A stretch of DNA of 64,000 bases. It comes from a virus. Made by a program: the position numbers and the translations under genes. The stretch covers positions 45,064 to 109,063 of IMG/VR virus record IMGVR_UViG_3300020463_000009; one strand, written 5' to 3'. Below the pieces are notes generated by a model. The model was not told the DNA's origin. It saw only the letters and a program-made list of their open reading frames with translations, and did no database searches. Each line of letters starts with the position of its first letter. The first letter of the stretch is position 1. Below are positions 19,255-30,096 of this stretch, piece by piece.

Positions 19255-20595
19255 ATGTACTTATCCGAAACTCACGAAAAAAAATGGCAGCCAGTCCTAG
19301 AGCATCCTGATTTACCAAAAATCGGTGATTCTTACAGACGTGCCGTCACCTCTGTTATCTTGGAAAACCAAGAAAGAGCTTCTAAAGAAGACGCTGCTTT
19401 CTTATCAGAAGCTGCACCTACTAACGCAACTGGTTCAGCAATCTCTAACTGGGATCCAATCCTAATTAGTTTGGTAAGAAGAGCAATGCCTAATTTAATT
19501 GCTTACGATATCGCAGGTGTTCAACCTATGACCGGTCCAACTGGTCTTATATTTGCTATGAGAAGCAGATACACTTCACAAACTGGCGCAGAAGCTATGT
19601 TTGACGAAGCTGATACTGATTTCTCTGGTAGAAATGCCGCTGGTTCAAGTGTAGATGGTTATTCATCTACTGCTCAGGCAGGAACTAACCCAGCAGTATT
19701 AAACGACTCTTCACCAGGTACTTTCACAAAAGGTACTGCTATGACTACAGCTGCGGCTGAAGCATTAGGTGACGCAAGTGGCAACGCTTTTGCTGAAATG
19801 GCTTTCTCAATCGAGAAATCTACGGTAACTGCTAAGTCAAGAGCTCTTAAAGCAGAATACACTATGGAACTTGCTCAAGACTTAAAAGCAATCCACGGTT
19901 TAGACGCTGAGACTGAACTTGCGAACATTTTATCTGCTGAGATTCTTGCAGAAATCAACAGAGAAGTTGTAAGAACAATTTACATCAACTCTGAAAAAGG
20001 TGCTCAAGCAAATACGACAACTGCTGGTATCTTTGATTTAGACACAGACTCAAATGGTAGATGGTCAGTTGAGAGATTCAAAGGTCTTATGTTCCAATTG
20101 GAAAGAGACGCAAACAGAATCGCTCAGAGAACAAGAAGAGGTAAAGGTAATATGATAATCTGTTCTTCAGATGTTGCCTCTGCTCTTCAAATGGCAGGTG
20201 TATTAGACTATACTCCAGCTCTTAACAATAACCTAAATGTTGATGACACAGGTAATACTTTTGCAGGTGTTCTTAACGGTAGATATAAAGTATATATTGA
20301 CCCATATTCAGCAAACTCACCAGCAACAAAACAATTCTACGTTGTTGGTTACAAAGGTACTTCACCTTATGACGCTGGTATGTTCTATTGTCCATATGTA
20401 CCTCTACAAATGGTTAGAGCTGTTGGTCAAGATACGTTCCAACCAAAAATCGGTTTCAAGACTAGATATGGCTTAGTTGCTAATCCATTCGCTGAAACTG
20501 GTGCGATTTCAGGTGCTGCTACAGCAGTAAATGACGCTGGTTCTGCTAACTCTAACAGATACTACCAAAAAGTACAAGTTGCAAACTTAATGTAA
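19255..20595 (+). CDS. gp23: major capsid protein gp23
   Basis: GVQPMTGPTGLIFAMR, KSRALKAEYTMELAQDLKAIHGLDAE, FQPKIGFKTRYG. Confidence 0.98.
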   Translation: MYLSETHEKKWQPVLEHPDLPKIGDSYRRAVTSVILENQERASKEDAAFLSEAAPTNATGSAISNWDPILISLVRRAMPNLIAYDIAGVQPMTGPTGLIFAMRSRYTSQTGAEAMFDEADTDFSGRNAAGSSVDGYSSTAQAGTNPAVLNDSSPGTFTKGTAMTTAAAEALGDASGNAFAEMAFSIEKSTVTAKSRALKAEYTMELAQDLKAIHGLDAETELANILSAEILAEINREVVRTIYINSEKGAQANTTTAGIFDLDTDSNGRWSVERFKGLMFQLERDANRIAQRTRRGKGNMIICSSDVASALQMAGVLDYTPALNNNLNVDDTGNTFAGVLNGRYKVYIDPYSANSPATKQFYVVGYKGTSPYDAGMFYCPYVPLQMVRAVGQDTFQPKIGFKTRYGLVANPFAETGAISGAATAVNDAGSANSNRYYQKVQVANLM

Positions 20596-20622
20596 TTTTA
20601 CTTTACGAAGTACAAACTTCAG

Positions 20623-20653
20623 AAAAGGGCGGCTTTATGTCGCCCTTTTTTTT
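20623..20653 (+). terminator. intrinsic terminator after gp23
   Basis: AAAAGGGCGGC-tttat-GTCGCCCTTTT stem ending in an 8-T run. Confidence 0.9.
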
Positions 20654-20680
20654 GGCCTTCCTAAACGCCTAAATAGTAGT

Positions 20681-21307
20681 ATGACAACTACAAACGCATT
20701 ATCAAGGCAACCGACTAAATTAGATTTAGCCTCACCAACGCAGTTTAAGTTTCAGATATTGAAACTACCTAAAGTAGAATACTTTTGTACTGCTGTTAAT
20801 TTACCTGGTTTAAGCCTCAATACGGTAACTCAACCAACACCTTTAGCAGATATACCATTACCAGGAGAGAAGTTATCTTTTGGTGACCTAGAAATGACAT
20901 TTTTAGTAGATGAAAATTTAGAAAACTATCAAGAGATAAGTGGATGGCTGTTTGGATTAGGCTTTCCTAAATCTCGTACACAATTCGCAAACTTGGTAGA
21001 AGCCGCTAAAGACCGCTTTCCAACGAACGGAAAAGACAGCCAGACGACAGACGCAGGTAAAGTTAAGTACGGTGCTCAACCTATAGGTCCTGTATTCTCG
21101 GATGCTACTTTGAATATATTGTCTAGTAAGAATAGGGCAAATATAGAAGTTAGATTTAACAATGTATTTCCAATAGGTTTAAGTGCTTTACAATTTACGC
21201 AACAAGCAACAGATGTTGATTACTTATCAGCAACGGTTACCTTTCAATATAAACTATACGAATTCGCAACAAAAAACGCTTCAAGTACAACAACAATCGT
21301 ATCCTAA
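20681..21307 (+). CDS. gp3: tail tube terminator/completion protein gp3
   Basis: PKVEYFC..NLPG, FLVDENLENY, SDATL, F..VFP..LS; CCTAAATA late-promoter variant upstream. Confidence 0.8.
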   Translation: MTTTNALSRQPTKLDLASPTQFKFQILKLPKVEYFCTAVNLPGLSLNTVTQPTPLADIPLPGEKLSFGDLEMTFLVDENLENYQEISGWLFGLGFPKSRTQFANLVEAAKDRFPTNGKDSQTTDAGKVKYGAQPIGPVFSDATLNILSSKNRANIEVRFNNVFPIGLSALQFTQQATDVDYLSATVTFQYKLYEFATKNASSTTTIVS

Positions 21308-21309
21308 AC

Positions 21310-21338
21310 TTTACATTTTAGTGTGAATATGATACATT
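21310..21338 (+). promoter_or_regulatory. sigma70-type promoter for uvsY-uvsW
   Basis: TTTACA-N17-TACATT with TG extension. Confidence 0.55.
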
Positions 21339-21347
21339 ATATACATT

Positions 21348-21776
21348 ATGGATTTAGAAAAACTACAAGAACAGGTTGATAAAGATTTAAAGCTCAACGA
21401 GACGGAACTTGACCTTGAATCTTTGAAAACACCTCAATTACACAACAAATATATGAAACACTTTACAACATTTAAATTAATGTTGAGTAAGGCAGAATCA
21501 GAATTGCATACAATTAAAAGGGAAAAATGGGAGTATTATACAGGTAAGGCTGACGCCTCTGTATATGCAGAAAAACCATTTAATTTAAAAATATTAAAAC
21601 AAGACGTTGACAAATATCTGGATTCAGATGTAGATATTCAACGTGCAAAACATAAAGTAGATTACTTACAAACTACAACCGATTTTTTAGATAGAACTAT
21701 TAGACAAATTTCAAATAGAACCTTCACAATAAAAAATGCGATTGAATGGCGTAAGTTTACTAGCGGCGCTATTTAA
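21348..21776 (+). CDS. uvsY: recombination mediator UvsY
   Basis: ESLKTPQLHNKY, WEYYTGK, IKNAIEWRKF. Confidence 0.92.
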   Translation: MDLEKLQEQVDKDLKLNETELDLESLKTPQLHNKYMKHFTTFKLMLSKAESELHTIKREKWEYYTGKADASVYAEKPFNLKILKQDVDKYLDSDVDIQRAKHKVDYLQTTTDFLDRTIRQISNRTFTIKNAIEWRKFTSGAI

Positions 21777-21778
21777 TA

Positions 21779-23260
21779 ATGAGCAATTTAAGATATCTTG
21801 TTATAGACAAGAAAGATGACGTATATTTAAAGATAGACGCAGACGAGAGTATTCGTAGAGACCTCGGTGAATTCTTTACCTTTGAAGTACCTGGTTTTAA
21901 GTTTATGCCACAATTTAGAAATAGAGTGTGGGATGGAAAGATAAGATTGTTTTCTTATCAAACAGGACAAATATATGTTGGTCTATATCCTTATATCTTA
22001 AAATGGTGTGCTGATAATGAAGTTGAAGTAGTTGATGGTACAAAAATACAAGAAACAAAAGTTGAAGAAAAAAAAGTTGACGCCTTTATCAATGCATTAA
22101 AAATACCACTAGAAGTTAGAGATTATCAAAAAGAAGCATTTATATATGCAACTCAAAAAAATAGGTGTTTACTATTATCACCAACAGCCTCTGGTAAATC
22201 TCTTATTACATATCTATTAGTAAGATTTAATTTATTAAGACTAAAGAAAAAGATATTAATTATTGTACCAACAACTTCATTAGTTGAACAATTATATAAA
22301 GATTTTAAAGACTATGGTTGGTCGCCTGAAAAGAATGTACATAAAATATATCAAGGTCACGGTAAAGAAACAAATAAAAGAGTTGTAATATCTACTTGGC
22401 AATCAATATACAATATGCCTAAAAAATGGTTTACACAATACGAAATGATAATAGGTGATGAGGCACATTTATTTAAAGCAGTATCACTTACTAAAATCTT
22501 GACAAAACTGGTAAAATGCCCATATAAAATAGGTATGACAGGTACATTAGACGGTTCAAAAACACACAAACTTGTATTAGAAGGCCTATTTGGTGCTGTA
22601 AATAAAGTAGTAACCACAACGGAACTTATGGAGAAAGGAAAACTAGCTGACCTCAAAATATTCTGTTTGGTTTTACAACACGGTAAAATAGAAAGAGAAT
22701 TTTTAAAAGATAAAAATTATCAAGAAGAAATGGATTTTATTGTTTCTAGTGATAAAAGAAACAAGTATATTAGAAATTTGGCCGCTGGCCTACAAGGCAA
22801 TACACTATGTTTATTTCAATATGTAGAAAAACACGGAAAGAACCTTTATGAATCGATACAAACTAAAGCAAAAGATAAACAAGTCTTTTATGTATATGGC
22901 GGAGTTGAAGCCGAACAAAGAGAACGTATTAGAGAACTTACGGAAAAGTCAGACAATTCTATTATCGTGGCTTCGTACGGAACCTTCTCGACTGGAATTA
23001 ATATTAGGAACTTGCATAATATTATTTTCGCTAGCCCTAGCAAGTCTCGTATAAGAAATTTACAATCTATTGGTCGTGGTTTAAGACTAAAAGATAATAA
23101 CTCACACGCAACTTTATATGATGTCGCAGATGACTTATCGTATAATAACAAAGAGAACTATACTCTGGCTCACTTCAGAGAACGGATAAATATTTACAGC
23201 GGTGAAGACTTTGATTATGAAATTCACAACATAGAGTTAAACAATGCACCAAAAGATTAA
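21779..23260 (+). CDS. uvsW: UvsW helicase
   Basis: WDGKIRLF, SPTASGKS, DEAH, QSIGRGLR. Confidence 0.96.
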   Translation: MSNLRYLVIDKKDDVYLKIDADESIRRDLGEFFTFEVPGFKFMPQFRNRVWDGKIRLFSYQTGQIYVGLYPYILKWCADNEVEVVDGTKIQETKVEEKKVDAFINALKIPLEVRDYQKEAFIYATQKNRCLLLSPTASGKSLITYLLVRFNLLRLKKKILIIVPTTSLVEQLYKDFKDYGWSPEKNVHKIYQGHGKETNKRVVISTWQSIYNMPKKWFTQYEMIIGDEAHLFKAVSLTKILTKLVKCPYKIGMTGTLDGSKTHKLVLEGLFGAVNKVVTTTELMEKGKLADLKIFCLVLQHGKIEREFLKDKNYQEEMDFIVSSDKRNKYIRNLAAGLQGNTLCLFQYVEKHGKNLYESIQTKAKDKQVFYVYGGVEAEQRERIRELTEKSDNSIIVASYGTFSTGINIRNLHNIIFASPSKSRIRNLQSIGRGLRLKDNNSHATLYDVADDLSYNNKENYTLAHFRERINIYSGEDFDYEIHNIELNNAPKD

Positions 23261-23699
23261 AGAACAAGTAAACGTAAAAATTATTAAGCTTATCAATGGT
23301 GAAGATATTGTATGTCATTTACCACAAAAAGATAAGCAGTTACCAGACGACTCGGCTTTATTGAGATTGCATAGACCTTTACAGGTTAAGTATGTACCTC
23401 AAATAACACCTGGTGGTTTTAAAGATTATATTGCCTTGATTCGTTGGGTCAATTTTACACCTGACAATATTATAACTATCCCAAAAGATAAAATAATGAC
23501 AATTGCTGGCGCAAGTAAAGAAATGGTAAAATCATATTCATTAATTGAAAAAGATTATCATACTCTAAAGACGCCAGACAAAGACCAATCTGTGTATAAA
23601 CAAAAGAAATTCACAGACGAAGAAAGTAAGAGAATAAGAGAAATATTTGAAGATATTGAATATGATGAAGATGATGAAGGAAACAAAACTATCCACTAG
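23244..23699 (+). CDS. hypothetical Sm-like protein
   Basis: VKIIKLINGEDIVC N-terminus as in T4-like marine phage ORFs between uvsW and gp55. Confidence 0.6.
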   Translation: MHQKIKEQVNVKIIKLINGEDIVCHLPQKDKQLPDDSALLRLHRPLQVKYVPQITPGGFKDYIALIRWVNFTPDNIITIPKDKIMTIAGASKEMVKSYSLIEKDYHTLKTPDKDQSVYKQKKFTDEESKRIREIFEDIEYDEDDEGNKTIH

Positions 23700-23729
23700 A
23701 CTCTGTTTCTTGAAGACGCTACACCGCTC

Positions 23730-23757
23730 ATTATACACCGATTTTTTCAATTGTCAA
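23730..23757 (-). promoter_or_regulatory. sigma70 consensus promoter on the minus strand (antisense)
   Basis: Reverse complement reads TTGACA-N16-TATAAT. Confidence 0.55.
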
Positions 23758-23771
23758 GTGTGAAACGAGCA

Positions 23772-23800
23772 TTGACTTTTTTTTAATTTTGATATAATAT
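23772..23800 (+). promoter_or_regulatory. sigma70-type promoter for gp55-gp47-gp46
   Basis: TTGACT-N15-TATAAT (or N17-TAATAT), then GAGG RBS. Confidence 0.6.
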
Positions 23801-23809
23801 GAGGACATA

Positions 23810-24328
23810 ATGACCAGAACAAAAGCAAAACCAGAACACTACGTTAATAACAAAGAATTCTTAGCCGCTATGGTTGAGTATAGAAAGTCTGTTAACAAGG
23901 CAAAGAGAAAAAAATTATCTAAGCCTCCTGTTACCGATTATATTGGTAGTTGTTTCTTAAAGATAGCGAATCACCTATCGTATAGACCAAATTTTATTAA
24001 TTATACTTACAGAGACGATATGATTTCTGATGGTATAGAAAATTGTTTACAATACCTAGATAATTTTAATCCAGAAAAATCAAACAATCCGTTTGCATAT
24101 TTCACACAAATAATTTATTATGCATTTATACGTAGAATTCAAAAAGAAAAGAAACAAACAACAATCAAACAAAAGATGATTGCTGAATCTAATTATGATG
24201 ATATGACTTTACAACCAGGTGATGACAGAGATTTCAAGAATCAATTTACTGAATTTTTAAAAGCAAATTTACCTAAAGAAGATAACTCCGAGCCAGCACC
24301 TAAAAAAAAGAAAACTAAAAAGAAGTAA
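23810..24328 (+). CDS. gp55: late sigma factor gp55
   Basis: HYVNNKEF, PNFINYTYRDDMISDGIENC, NPFAYFTQI. Confidence 0.96.
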   Translation: MTRTKAKPEHYVNNKEFLAAMVEYRKSVNKAKRKKLSKPPVTDYIGSCFLKIANHLSYRPNFINYTYRDDMISDGIENCLQYLDNFNPEKSNNPFAYFTQIIYYAFIRRIQKEKKQTTIKQKMIAESNYDDMTLQPGDDRDFKNQFTEFLKANLPKEDNSEPAPKKKKTKKK

Positions 24329-25374
24329 TGAAGATAGCGTTGTTAAATGATACTCACTTCGGTGTGAGAAACGATAGTCCAGCCTTTTTAAAATATCAAA
24401 ATAGGTTTTATAATGAACTATTTTTTCCTTATATTATAGAGAATAAGATAGATACATTAATACACCTAGGTGATGTGGTTGATAGAAGAAAGTTTATAAA
24501 CCATAATACAGCACACAATTTTAAAAAAGTATTTTGGGACAAATTAGATGAATTAAACATTGATACACATATTATAATAGGTAACCACGATACTTATTAT
24601 AAGAACACAAACGAAGTAAATGCCTTACAAAATTTAGAAATTAGTAAAAATACCAAAGTATATACAGAGGCAACTGAATTAGAATTTGATGGTCTTAATA
24701 TACTATTCATACCTTGGATTTGTGATGATAACGAAACAAGGTCAGTAGAAACAATTAAAAATAGTACATCACCTCTTGCAATGGGTCATTTAGAGATAAA
24801 AGGATTTGAAATGCACAATGGCCATTTTAATGACCACGGCCAAGAAAAGGCGATGTTTAAAAGATTTGAAAAAGTTTTGTCTGGTCACTTTCATAAAAAG
24901 TCAGATGACGGACAAATATATTATCTTGGTACACAATACGAAATGACTTGGTCAGATTATATGTGTCCTAAAGGATTTCATATTTTTGATACTCAAACAA
25001 GAGAGATAACAAGAGTACCTAATCCTATCAGAATGTTCAAGAAGATAATGTACAACGATAAAGAAACTAACTATGATACATTTAGTTTAGATGAATATGA
25101 TAATTGTTATGTAAAATTATTTATTTCAATTAAATCTGATAATGATATGTATAACAGACTTATGGATAGAATATACAGCTCTATTAATGTTCACGCCATA
25201 GATGTTATAGAAGATATGTCAGATGTAAATGTAACCGTTAGAGACGATTTACTTGAACAAGGAGAAGATACATTAACATTTTTAGGTAACTATATTGAAC
25301 AAGTTAATACAGACCTAGATAAACAAAAGTTAAAGACTTTTGCAAAAGAACTATACAGCGAGGCAAGTGAATGA
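24328..25374 (+). CDS. gp47: recombination endonuclease gp47 (Mre11-like)
   Basis: DTHFG, LGDVVD, GNHD, SGHFH. Confidence 0.96.
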   Translation: MKIALLNDTHFGVRNDSPAFLKYQNRFYNELFFPYIIENKIDTLIHLGDVVDRRKFINHNTAHNFKKVFWDKLDELNIDTHIIIGNHDTYYKNTNEVNALQNLEISKNTKVYTEATELEFDGLNILFIPWICDDNETRSVETIKNSTSPLAMGHLEIKGFEMHNGHFNDHGQEKAMFKRFEKVLSGHFHKKSDDGQIYYLGTQYEMTWSDYMCPKGFHIFDTQTREITRVPNPIRMFKKIMYNDKETNYDTFSLDEYDNCYVKLFISIKSDNDMYNRLMDRIYSSINVHAIDVIEDMSDVNVTVRDDLLEQGEDTLTFLGNYIEQVNTDLDKQKLKTFAKELYSEASE

Positions 25375-26063
25375 AACCAGAGATATTAGGAAATATAAAG
25401 TTTGGACCATATGTGGCATTGATGAAAGTACATCAACCATTAATTGATGGTCTATTAAAAAGAGCAGAAAAAAAAGAAGAAGGTTCAGGAAATTCTGAAC
25501 TAGCAAGTTTAATGTCAGACCAAAGAGGCTATAATATGGAAGATAAAGGTTGGTTTGTTAAAGAATTTCAACCATACATAGACTCTTATGTAGATGGTAA
25601 TTGTGAATTTTTAGGTACAACTTATAAAGAACCAGAATGGTCTAACAAATTTAATCTAATGAGTTTATGGATTAATTATATGAAAGAAAATGAATATAAT
25701 CCATCACATACACATAGCGGAATGTTATCTTGGGTTATGTATTTAAAAACACACGACCTAGAAAAAGAAAGAAAAGAATATACAGGTAGAAGTGCTGGAC
25801 CAGGTGCAACTATATTTCATTATGGTGAACACTCTTTCCCACAATGGGCAACTCATACACAATCATATTTACCTGAAGAAGGATATGTATGGATTTTTCC
25901 TGCTTTGTTGAGACACGAAGTTATACCTTTTAAAACACCAGGTACCAGAATAAGTGTATCAGGCAATTTATACTTTAAACATCCAGGTCAAGAATCAGCA
26001 GCAGAACCGGCACCTATGGATCCGGACTTTAAAAGACCACCAAACGGTACAATGATTAGATAA
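25371..26063 (+). CDS. 2OG-Fe(II) oxygenase
   Basis: WINY..NPSHTH..LSWVMYL; IFPALLRHEV..RISVSGN. Confidence 0.85.
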   Translation: MKPEILGNIKFGPYVALMKVHQPLIDGLLKRAEKKEEGSGNSELASLMSDQRGYNMEDKGWFVKEFQPYIDSYVDGNCEFLGTTYKEPEWSNKFNLMSLWINYMKENEYNPSHTHSGMLSWVMYLKTHDLEKERKEYTGRSAGPGATIFHYGEHSFPQWATHTQSYLPEEGYVWIFPALLRHEVIPFKTPGTRISVSGNLYFKHPGQESAAEPAPMDPDFKRPPNGTMIR

Positions 26064-26070
26064 TTACTAA

Positions 26071-27786
26071 ATGATATTATTTAAAAGACTAAATTATAAA
26101 AACTTCTTATCAAGTGGCAACCAACCAATTATTATTGATTTAGATAAGTCTCAAATGACTTTGATTGTCGGTACAAATGGTAGTGGTAAATCCACTTTGT
26201 TAGACGCTTTATGTTTTGTTTTATTTAATAGGCCATTTAGAATAATTAAAAAAGAACAAATGGTCAATACTATTAACAATGGTGATTGTATAGTAGAAGT
26301 TGACTTTGACGTTGGTACCAAATCGTATAAAGTAAGAAGAGGTATTAAGCCAAATTTATTTGAGATATTTTGTGATGGTAAAAAACTAAATCAAGACGCC
26401 AATAACATTGATTATCAAAAGTATCTTGAACAAAATATAATGAAACTTAATTACAGGTCTTTTATACAAGTTGTTTTATTAGGTTCTTCCTCGTATGAGC
26501 CATTTATGAAAATGAAACCAAGATATAGAAGAGAAGTTGTTGAAGAGATACTTGATATTAGAGTTTTTGGCCTTATGGACTTAATATTACGTTCCCAACA
26601 GAGCGACCTTCAAAAAAAGTTGACGGAGGTGAGGCACCAATGCGAGTTAATAAAGACCAAGTATGAAACTGAAGCAAAGTATCTAAAAACTCTGGAGGCG
26701 AAAGGAACAGACAACCAGACGGTAACGCTAAAAAAACTAGAGGAAAATAAACAAAATAAGTTAATATATGATAGAAAACTACAATCTATAAATGAGGCTA
26801 TAGCCGTAAGTCAAAGAGAGTTAATTGGTAAAGAATCTACTGAAACTAAACTAAAAGAACTAACAAAACTTGAAACAAAGATAGAACAAAACCTAGACAC
26901 TCATAAAAAGTCATTAACATTTTTTAATGAAAATGATAATTGTCCTGTATGTACACAAAAGATAGACGACCAGTTTAAGGCAACCAAATGCGAACACGAA
27001 AAAAATACAATCACAAAACTAGAAAAAGGTCTAGTCCAGCTTGTAGAAGAAATATCAAAACAAGAACAAAAAGTATCTGCTTTTACCAAGGTTTCAGACA
27101 AGATATCGGATATGAAATTACAGATAGCAAAGGTTTCATCCTCATTAGAAAGCTTGAAAACACAAAGCGACCAGATACAACAAGATATTACTAGAGTAAA
27201 TGAAAAAGATACAGACATTGAATCAATAGAACTTGAACTAGAAAAAATGAGAGTTGATTTAAAAGCAGCTGAAGTTGATTTAGATAAGGTACAAGAAGAA
27301 AAAGGTTACGTAGATATATTAAGAGAAATACTTAACGACAAAGGTGCTAAAGCACAAATCATACGTAAGTATGTACCTATTATGAATAGTCTTATTAATA
27401 AATATTTACAGGCAATGGACTTCTATATTTCATTTAACCTAGATGAAGAGTTTAATGAAACCGTTAAATCAAGATTTAGAGATACCTTTAACTATAATAA
27501 CTTTAGTGAGGGTGAGAAAATGAGAATAGACCTTGCTTTACTATTTACTTGGCGAGACATTGCAAGAATGAAGAATAGTACAAATACTAATCTATTAATA
27601 CTAGATGAAATATTTGATTCATCATTAGACGGCCAAGGTACAGATGACTTCTTTAAAATTATTAAAACTTTAGAGAAAGAAAATATCTTTATTATATCAC
27701 ATAAAGGCGATATACTATTTGATAAATTTACAAACATTATTAAATATGAGAAAGTACAAAACTTTACACAATTAGGAACAATATGA
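26071..27786 (+). CDS. gp46: recombination ATPase gp46 (Rad50-like)
   Basis: GTNGSGKS, CPVC hook, FSEGEK, LDEIFD. Confidence 0.96.
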   Translation: MILFKRLNYKNFLSSGNQPIIIDLDKSQMTLIVGTNGSGKSTLLDALCFVLFNRPFRIIKKEQMVNTINNGDCIVEVDFDVGTKSYKVRRGIKPNLFEIFCDGKKLNQDANNIDYQKYLEQNIMKLNYRSFIQVVLLGSSSYEPFMKMKPRYRREVVEEILDIRVFGLMDLILRSQQSDLQKKLTEVRHQCELIKTKYETEAKYLKTLEAKGTDNQTVTLKKLEENKQNKLIYDRKLQSINEAIAVSQRELIGKESTETKLKELTKLETKIEQNLDTHKKSLTFFNENDNCPVCTQKIDDQFKATKCEHEKNTITKLEKGLVQLVEEISKQEQKVSAFTKVSDKISDMKLQIAKVSSSLESLKTQSDQIQQDITRVNEKDTDIESIELELEKMRVDLKAAEVDLDKVQEEKGYVDILREILNDKGAKAQIIRKYVPIMNSLINKYLQAMDFYISFNLDEEFNETVKSRFRDTFNYNNFSEGEKMRIDLALLFTWRDIARMKNSTNTNLLILDEIFDSSLDGQGTDDFFKIIKTLEKENIFIISHKGDILFDKFTNIIKYEKVQNFTQLGTI

Positions 27787-28370
27787 CAGATAAAAAGATA
27801 AAAGAATTACAATTAATACCAGCTGATGACTCTAGAATACTATCAGCAATAGCACCTTTTACAGATGATATGTTAAAAGAATCAAGTATTGATTTTAAGA
27901 CAAGAGCTGAAGTTTCTAAATCTATGTTTATGGCAATGAAGAAATATGGTGGTATAGGGTTAACTGCCAATCAAGTAGGTTTACCTTTTAGAATGTTTGT
28001 AATGGGTAATCATTTATCATTAGAGAATGGTGAAAAATATGCTTGTTGGAATCCAAAGATTAAATCTGTATCAAAAGAACACCTTTTATTACAAGAAGGT
28101 TGTTTAACCTTTCCTTATTTGTTTTTGAAAATTAGTAGACCTAGTAAATGCATTGTAGAGTTTGAAGATGATGATGGTAAGAAAGTAGAGAAAGAATTTG
28201 GTGGTATGTTCTCACGAATCTATCAACACGAATTTGACCATACACTAGGTATAACCTTTGTTGAAAAAGTCTCAAAATTAAAGTTTGATTTAGCTAAGAA
28301 AAAGGCAGAGAAAATGTACAAAAGAGATTTAAAACTAGCAGAGATTGAAAAATCACGAAAACAAGCTTGA
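27783..28370 (+). CDS. def: peptide deformylase
   Basis: GIGLTANQVG, EGCL, QHEFDH. Confidence 0.95.
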   Translation: MTDKKIKELQLIPADDSRILSAIAPFTDDMLKESSIDFKTRAEVSKSMFMAMKKYGGIGLTANQVGLPFRMFVMGNHLSLENGEKYACWNPKIKSVSKEHLLLQEGCLTFPYLFLKISRPSKCIVEFEDDDGKKVEKEFGGMFSRIYQHEFDHTLGITFVEKVSKLKFDLAKKKAEKMYKRDLKLAEIEKSRKQA

Positions 28371-28395
28371 CAATCATTTAATATTAGTGTAGGTT
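28367..28395 (+). promoter_or_regulatory. sigma70-type promoter of first DUF4338 gene
   Basis: TTGACA-N17-TAGGTT. Confidence 0.6.
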
Positions 28396-28401
28396 ACATA
28401 T

Positions 28402-29700
28402 ATGACTTATTCGTGGAAGAAAGGTATGTCTATTGACGACCAATGGCAAAGTTGGCAAGATAACAATCCAATAGATAAATTACCTGATATAGATACAGAT
28501 ACTTTAAAAGAGGCAGTAATAAAAGATTTATCTTATGTGTCTGCTATGGATGTAAAAGAATATACACTATATCAAAAATGGTGTGAAGTACACGACAAAT
28601 ATCCTACTGAAGAAGTCAATAGTTTCTTTGACGATAAACCAGCATTAAAAAATCCTGACCAAGGGGCGCTCCTTGCTGAAATCAAAAACAACTTTTGGTT
28701 ACCAGAAAACCAAGAAGAATACCTTGATTTAGAACCTGAATTATTATGGACAGATGGTGATGATATTAAATCTATAACAGGTAGTAAAATGCCTGCTATA
28801 TGGAATGGTATGAGAACGTTCTTATCTACTATGAAAAACAATAGTAATATTGGTAGAAATTTAAACTTTTTAATCAGAGATAAAAAATCAAAAAAATTAC
28901 TTGGTGTTACCTGTATGTCTAGTGATTTCCTAGACCTTACACCTAGAGATAATTATATTGGTTGGGAAAGAGTTGCAAAAACTCAAAGAATGATTAATCA
29001 TACTTGTATCGGGTCTACCATTGTACCAATTCAGCCTTTAGGGTATAACCTGGTAGGTGGCAAACTATTGGCACTTTTATGCCTATCTGATACGGTTGAG
29101 AAGACCTGGGAATACCAATACAAGGATAAACTAGTAGGGGTAACCACAACAAGTCTATATGGAAAAACCAAAGAAATACCATTATCACAATACGATAGAT
29201 TAAAATACTGGAAGAAAATGGGTTGGACTGCTGGTAGTGTATCTTATGAGCCATTATTACCAACTAGAAAAATGATACAACAATGGTTAATGAAGAATCA
29301 CACATACAAATACTTTGAATGGTATGTAGCAAAGAAAGACACAGGACAACCACATAAAAGAGACCATAGAAATAGAAGTCATACCTTTACATACAATCAA
29401 TTAGGTATAGATAAGAAACTAATTAAGTCTGAACACGCTAGAGGTATCTATTTTGGTGAATTATATAACAATACTAAAGAATTTTTAAGAGAAGAAATCA
29501 AGGCAGACCAATTAGAAAGAAAATTTGATAATTCAGTAGAGGCCTTGACAGATATATGGAAGAACAAGTATGCTAAAAAGCGATTAGCCAGTTTAACTAA
29601 ACAGAATAGAATATCTAAAGAAACCCATTTTTATGATGACATTATCTATATGAATTGGGAAGATACTAAAAGTAAATATTTACCACAAGTAGGGAGATAA
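28402..29700 (+). CDS. DUF4338/DruA-family protein (copy 1)
   Basis: GRNLNFLIRD..LLG, RDNYIGW, IVPIQPLGYNLVGGKLLALL, TTTSLYG..SQYDRL. Confidence 0.8.
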   Translation: MTYSWKKGMSIDDQWQSWQDNNPIDKLPDIDTDTLKEAVIKDLSYVSAMDVKEYTLYQKWCEVHDKYPTEEVNSFFDDKPALKNPDQGALLAEIKNNFWLPENQEEYLDLEPELLWTDGDDIKSITGSKMPAIWNGMRTFLSTMKNNSNIGRNLNFLIRDKKSKKLLGVTCMSSDFLDLTPRDNYIGWERVAKTQRMINHTCIGSTIVPIQPLGYNLVGGKLLALLCLSDTVEKTWEYQYKDKLVGVTTTSLYGKTKEIPLSQYDRLKYWKKMGWTAGSVSYEPLLPTRKMIQQWLMKNHTYKYFEWYVAKKDTGQPHKRDHRNRSHTFTYNQLGIDKKLIKSEHARGIYFGELYNNTKEFLREEIKADQLERKFDNSVEALTDIWKNKYAKKRLASLTKQNRISKETHFYDDIIYMNWEDTKSKYLPQVGR

Positions 29701-29703
29701 CCA

Positions 29704-30096
29704 ATGGTAGGACAACTAGAAAAAGAATTTGGCACTCAAACTAATGAAAGTCATAAATACAAAAGAGTAAGCGACCTTGATATGTACCAACAGGTCGCAA
29801 AACAAACGGCAATATATCCGAGAGAACAGGCCATTATCTATCCAACATTAGGATTGACCGGTGAAGCAGGTGAAGTAGCCAACAAGGTCAAGAAAATAAT
29901 AAGAGATGGAACAGATAAGACTAGTGAGGATAATGTTCAAAAGATATCCGCTGAAATTGGCGATTGCCTTTGGTATATCGCTGTATTGGCTGATGATATT
30001 GGCGTTAAGCTTTCCGACATTGCTAACAATAATTTAGATAAACTCTATGATAGAGCGAATCGTGGGAAACTCTCGGGTTCCGGCGACAATCGGTAG
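29704..30096 (+). CDS. mazG: MazG-like nucleotide pyrophosphohydrolase
   Basis: LGLTGEAGEVANKVKK, EIGDCLWY, GSGDNR. Confidence 0.92.
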   Translation: MVGQLEKEFGTQTNESHKYKRVSDLDMYQQVAKQTAIYPREQAIIYPTLGLTGEAGEVANKVKKIIRDGTDKTSEDNVQKISAEIGDCLWYIAVLADDIGVKLSDIANNNLDKLYDRANRGKLSGSGDNR

